DNA of 6,942 nucleotides from a virus (Duplodnaviria; Heunggongvirae; Uroviricota; Caudoviricetes): IMG/VR virus record IMGVR_UViG_2585427748_000004; one strand, 5' to 3'. Shown piece by piece: positions 6,181 to 6,942 of this stretch (position 1 is its first letter; each line of letters starts with the position of its first letter). The notes under the pieces were generated by a model. It saw only the letters and a program-made list of their open reading frames with translations, ran no database searches and was not told where the DNA came from. The position numbers and the translations under genes were made by a program.

Positions 6181-6687
6181 TTACCCAAGCACGCCAGTTG
6201 CAAAGGCGTGATCAAGAAAACGAAAAATTAAATCAACCTGAGAACCATGCTTTTCTTCGAACGCCAGAGGATCCGCATGAAGCTCGTTGTGATGCTCCCG
6301 ACACAGCGGTAGCGTGAAAATATCGTGAGATTTTGTCCCCATTCCGCCCTGACCATGACCAATCAGGTGATGGGGATCGTCGGCTGGCTTACCACAACAC
6401 GCACACGGCTGTGTCTTCACCCAGCGTGTGTATTTCTCGTTAACCCAGCGGCGACGTTTAGGTCGTTTCATGAAAGATTCCGGAGACTCAGGATCAACGG
6501 CAATGCTGACCACCGTCTCTTCCTGTGGCGGGTTTTGCTGGTGGGCGTGAGGCAGCGGCGCAAGATTTTTTGTGCGCTGCTTCAGTATGCTGGTGGCGGT
6601 CTGCTCTCCCGGTACGATGTCGCTTTCACGGTACATTGAGCGGATTTTTTCCGCACGCAACCCCAGCGAACGACGTAATACCGCTTC
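6181..6687 (-). pseudogene. nin-region phage protein with a Cys/His (HNH-like) motif, 5'-truncated by IS629
   Basis: The frame is open from the IS junction to the stop at 6181 and contains CACCGKPADDPHHLIGHG...CREHHNELH. The first 31 codons of the track ORF 6181..6780, including its ATG, lie inside the IS, so that start is an insertion artefact. A DUF968/YdfU-like family assignment is a guess from memory. Confidence 0.55.
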
Positions 6688-6942
6688 TGAACCGCCCCGG
6701 GAATCCTGGAGACTAAACTTCCTGAGAAAGAGGTAAACAGGATGACTAAAAATACTCGTTTTTCCCCTGAAGTCCGTCAACGGGCAGTCCGTATGGTTCT
6801 GGAAAGTCAGGGCGAATATGACTCACAATGGGCGACAATTTGTTCCATTGCTCCAAAGATTGGCTGTACGCCGGAGACTCTGCGTGTCTGGGTTCGCCAG
6901 CATGAGCGGGATACCGGGGGCGGTGATGGAGGGCTCACCACC
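6688..6942 (+). mobile_element. IS629 (IS3 family) left end with terminal inverted repeat; the element continues past the window edge
   Basis: TGAACCGCCCCGGGAATCCTGGAGACTAAAC begins at 6688, with the orfA ATG 54 bp inside. Matches my recollection of the IS629/IS1203 left end. Confidence 0.8.
6742..6942 (+). CDS. IS629 transposase OrfA, N-terminal part (partial at window edge)
   Basis: Translation [67 protein letters not shown], an IS3-family OrfA helix-turn-helix N-terminus. Open to the end of the window. Confidence 0.85.
   Translation, partial: MTKNTRFSPEVRQRAVRMVLESQGEYDSQWATICSIAPKIGCTPETLRVWVRQHERDTGGGDGGLTT

Noticed and set aside
6325-6716. Plus-strand ORFs 6325..6639 and 6525..6716
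   Set aside because: Antisense to the truncated nin-region gene and ending at the IS boundary; no ribosome-binding site or motif.
6688-6780. ATG at 6780 as the true start of the 199-aa minus-strand ORF
   Set aside because: The first 31 codons are read from the IS629 terminal sequence, so this start exists only because of the insertion.

Overview
The window reads as the late-regulatory and cargo region of a lambdoid, Shiga-toxin-phage-type prophage from an Escherichia coli-like host, with late transcription running on the minus strand (high to low coordinates). In that direction the order is: IS629 left end (6688 to window end), a nin-region gene truncated by it, rusA, antiterminator Q, a lambda-like late promoter PR' with two intrinsic terminators, a small ORF, an orphan beta-class DNA methyltransferase, a tRNA cluster (Ile-CAU, Arg-UCG and a degenerate Arg-UCU fragment), a ~1.5 kb cargo slot, and a nanS-p-type sialate O-acetylesterase gene that runs off the left edge. 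The cargo slot sits where stx lies in Stx phages but holds no toxin gene. It contains a GT/CA strand-skewed tract, three tandem diverged ~210-250 bp structured units that each end in a terminator-like hairpin on the late strand, and an AT-rich 111-aa ORF on the opposite strand. All identifications come from reading the sequence and from remembered family features; no database search was run. The cargo slot is the part most likely to hold something undescribed.
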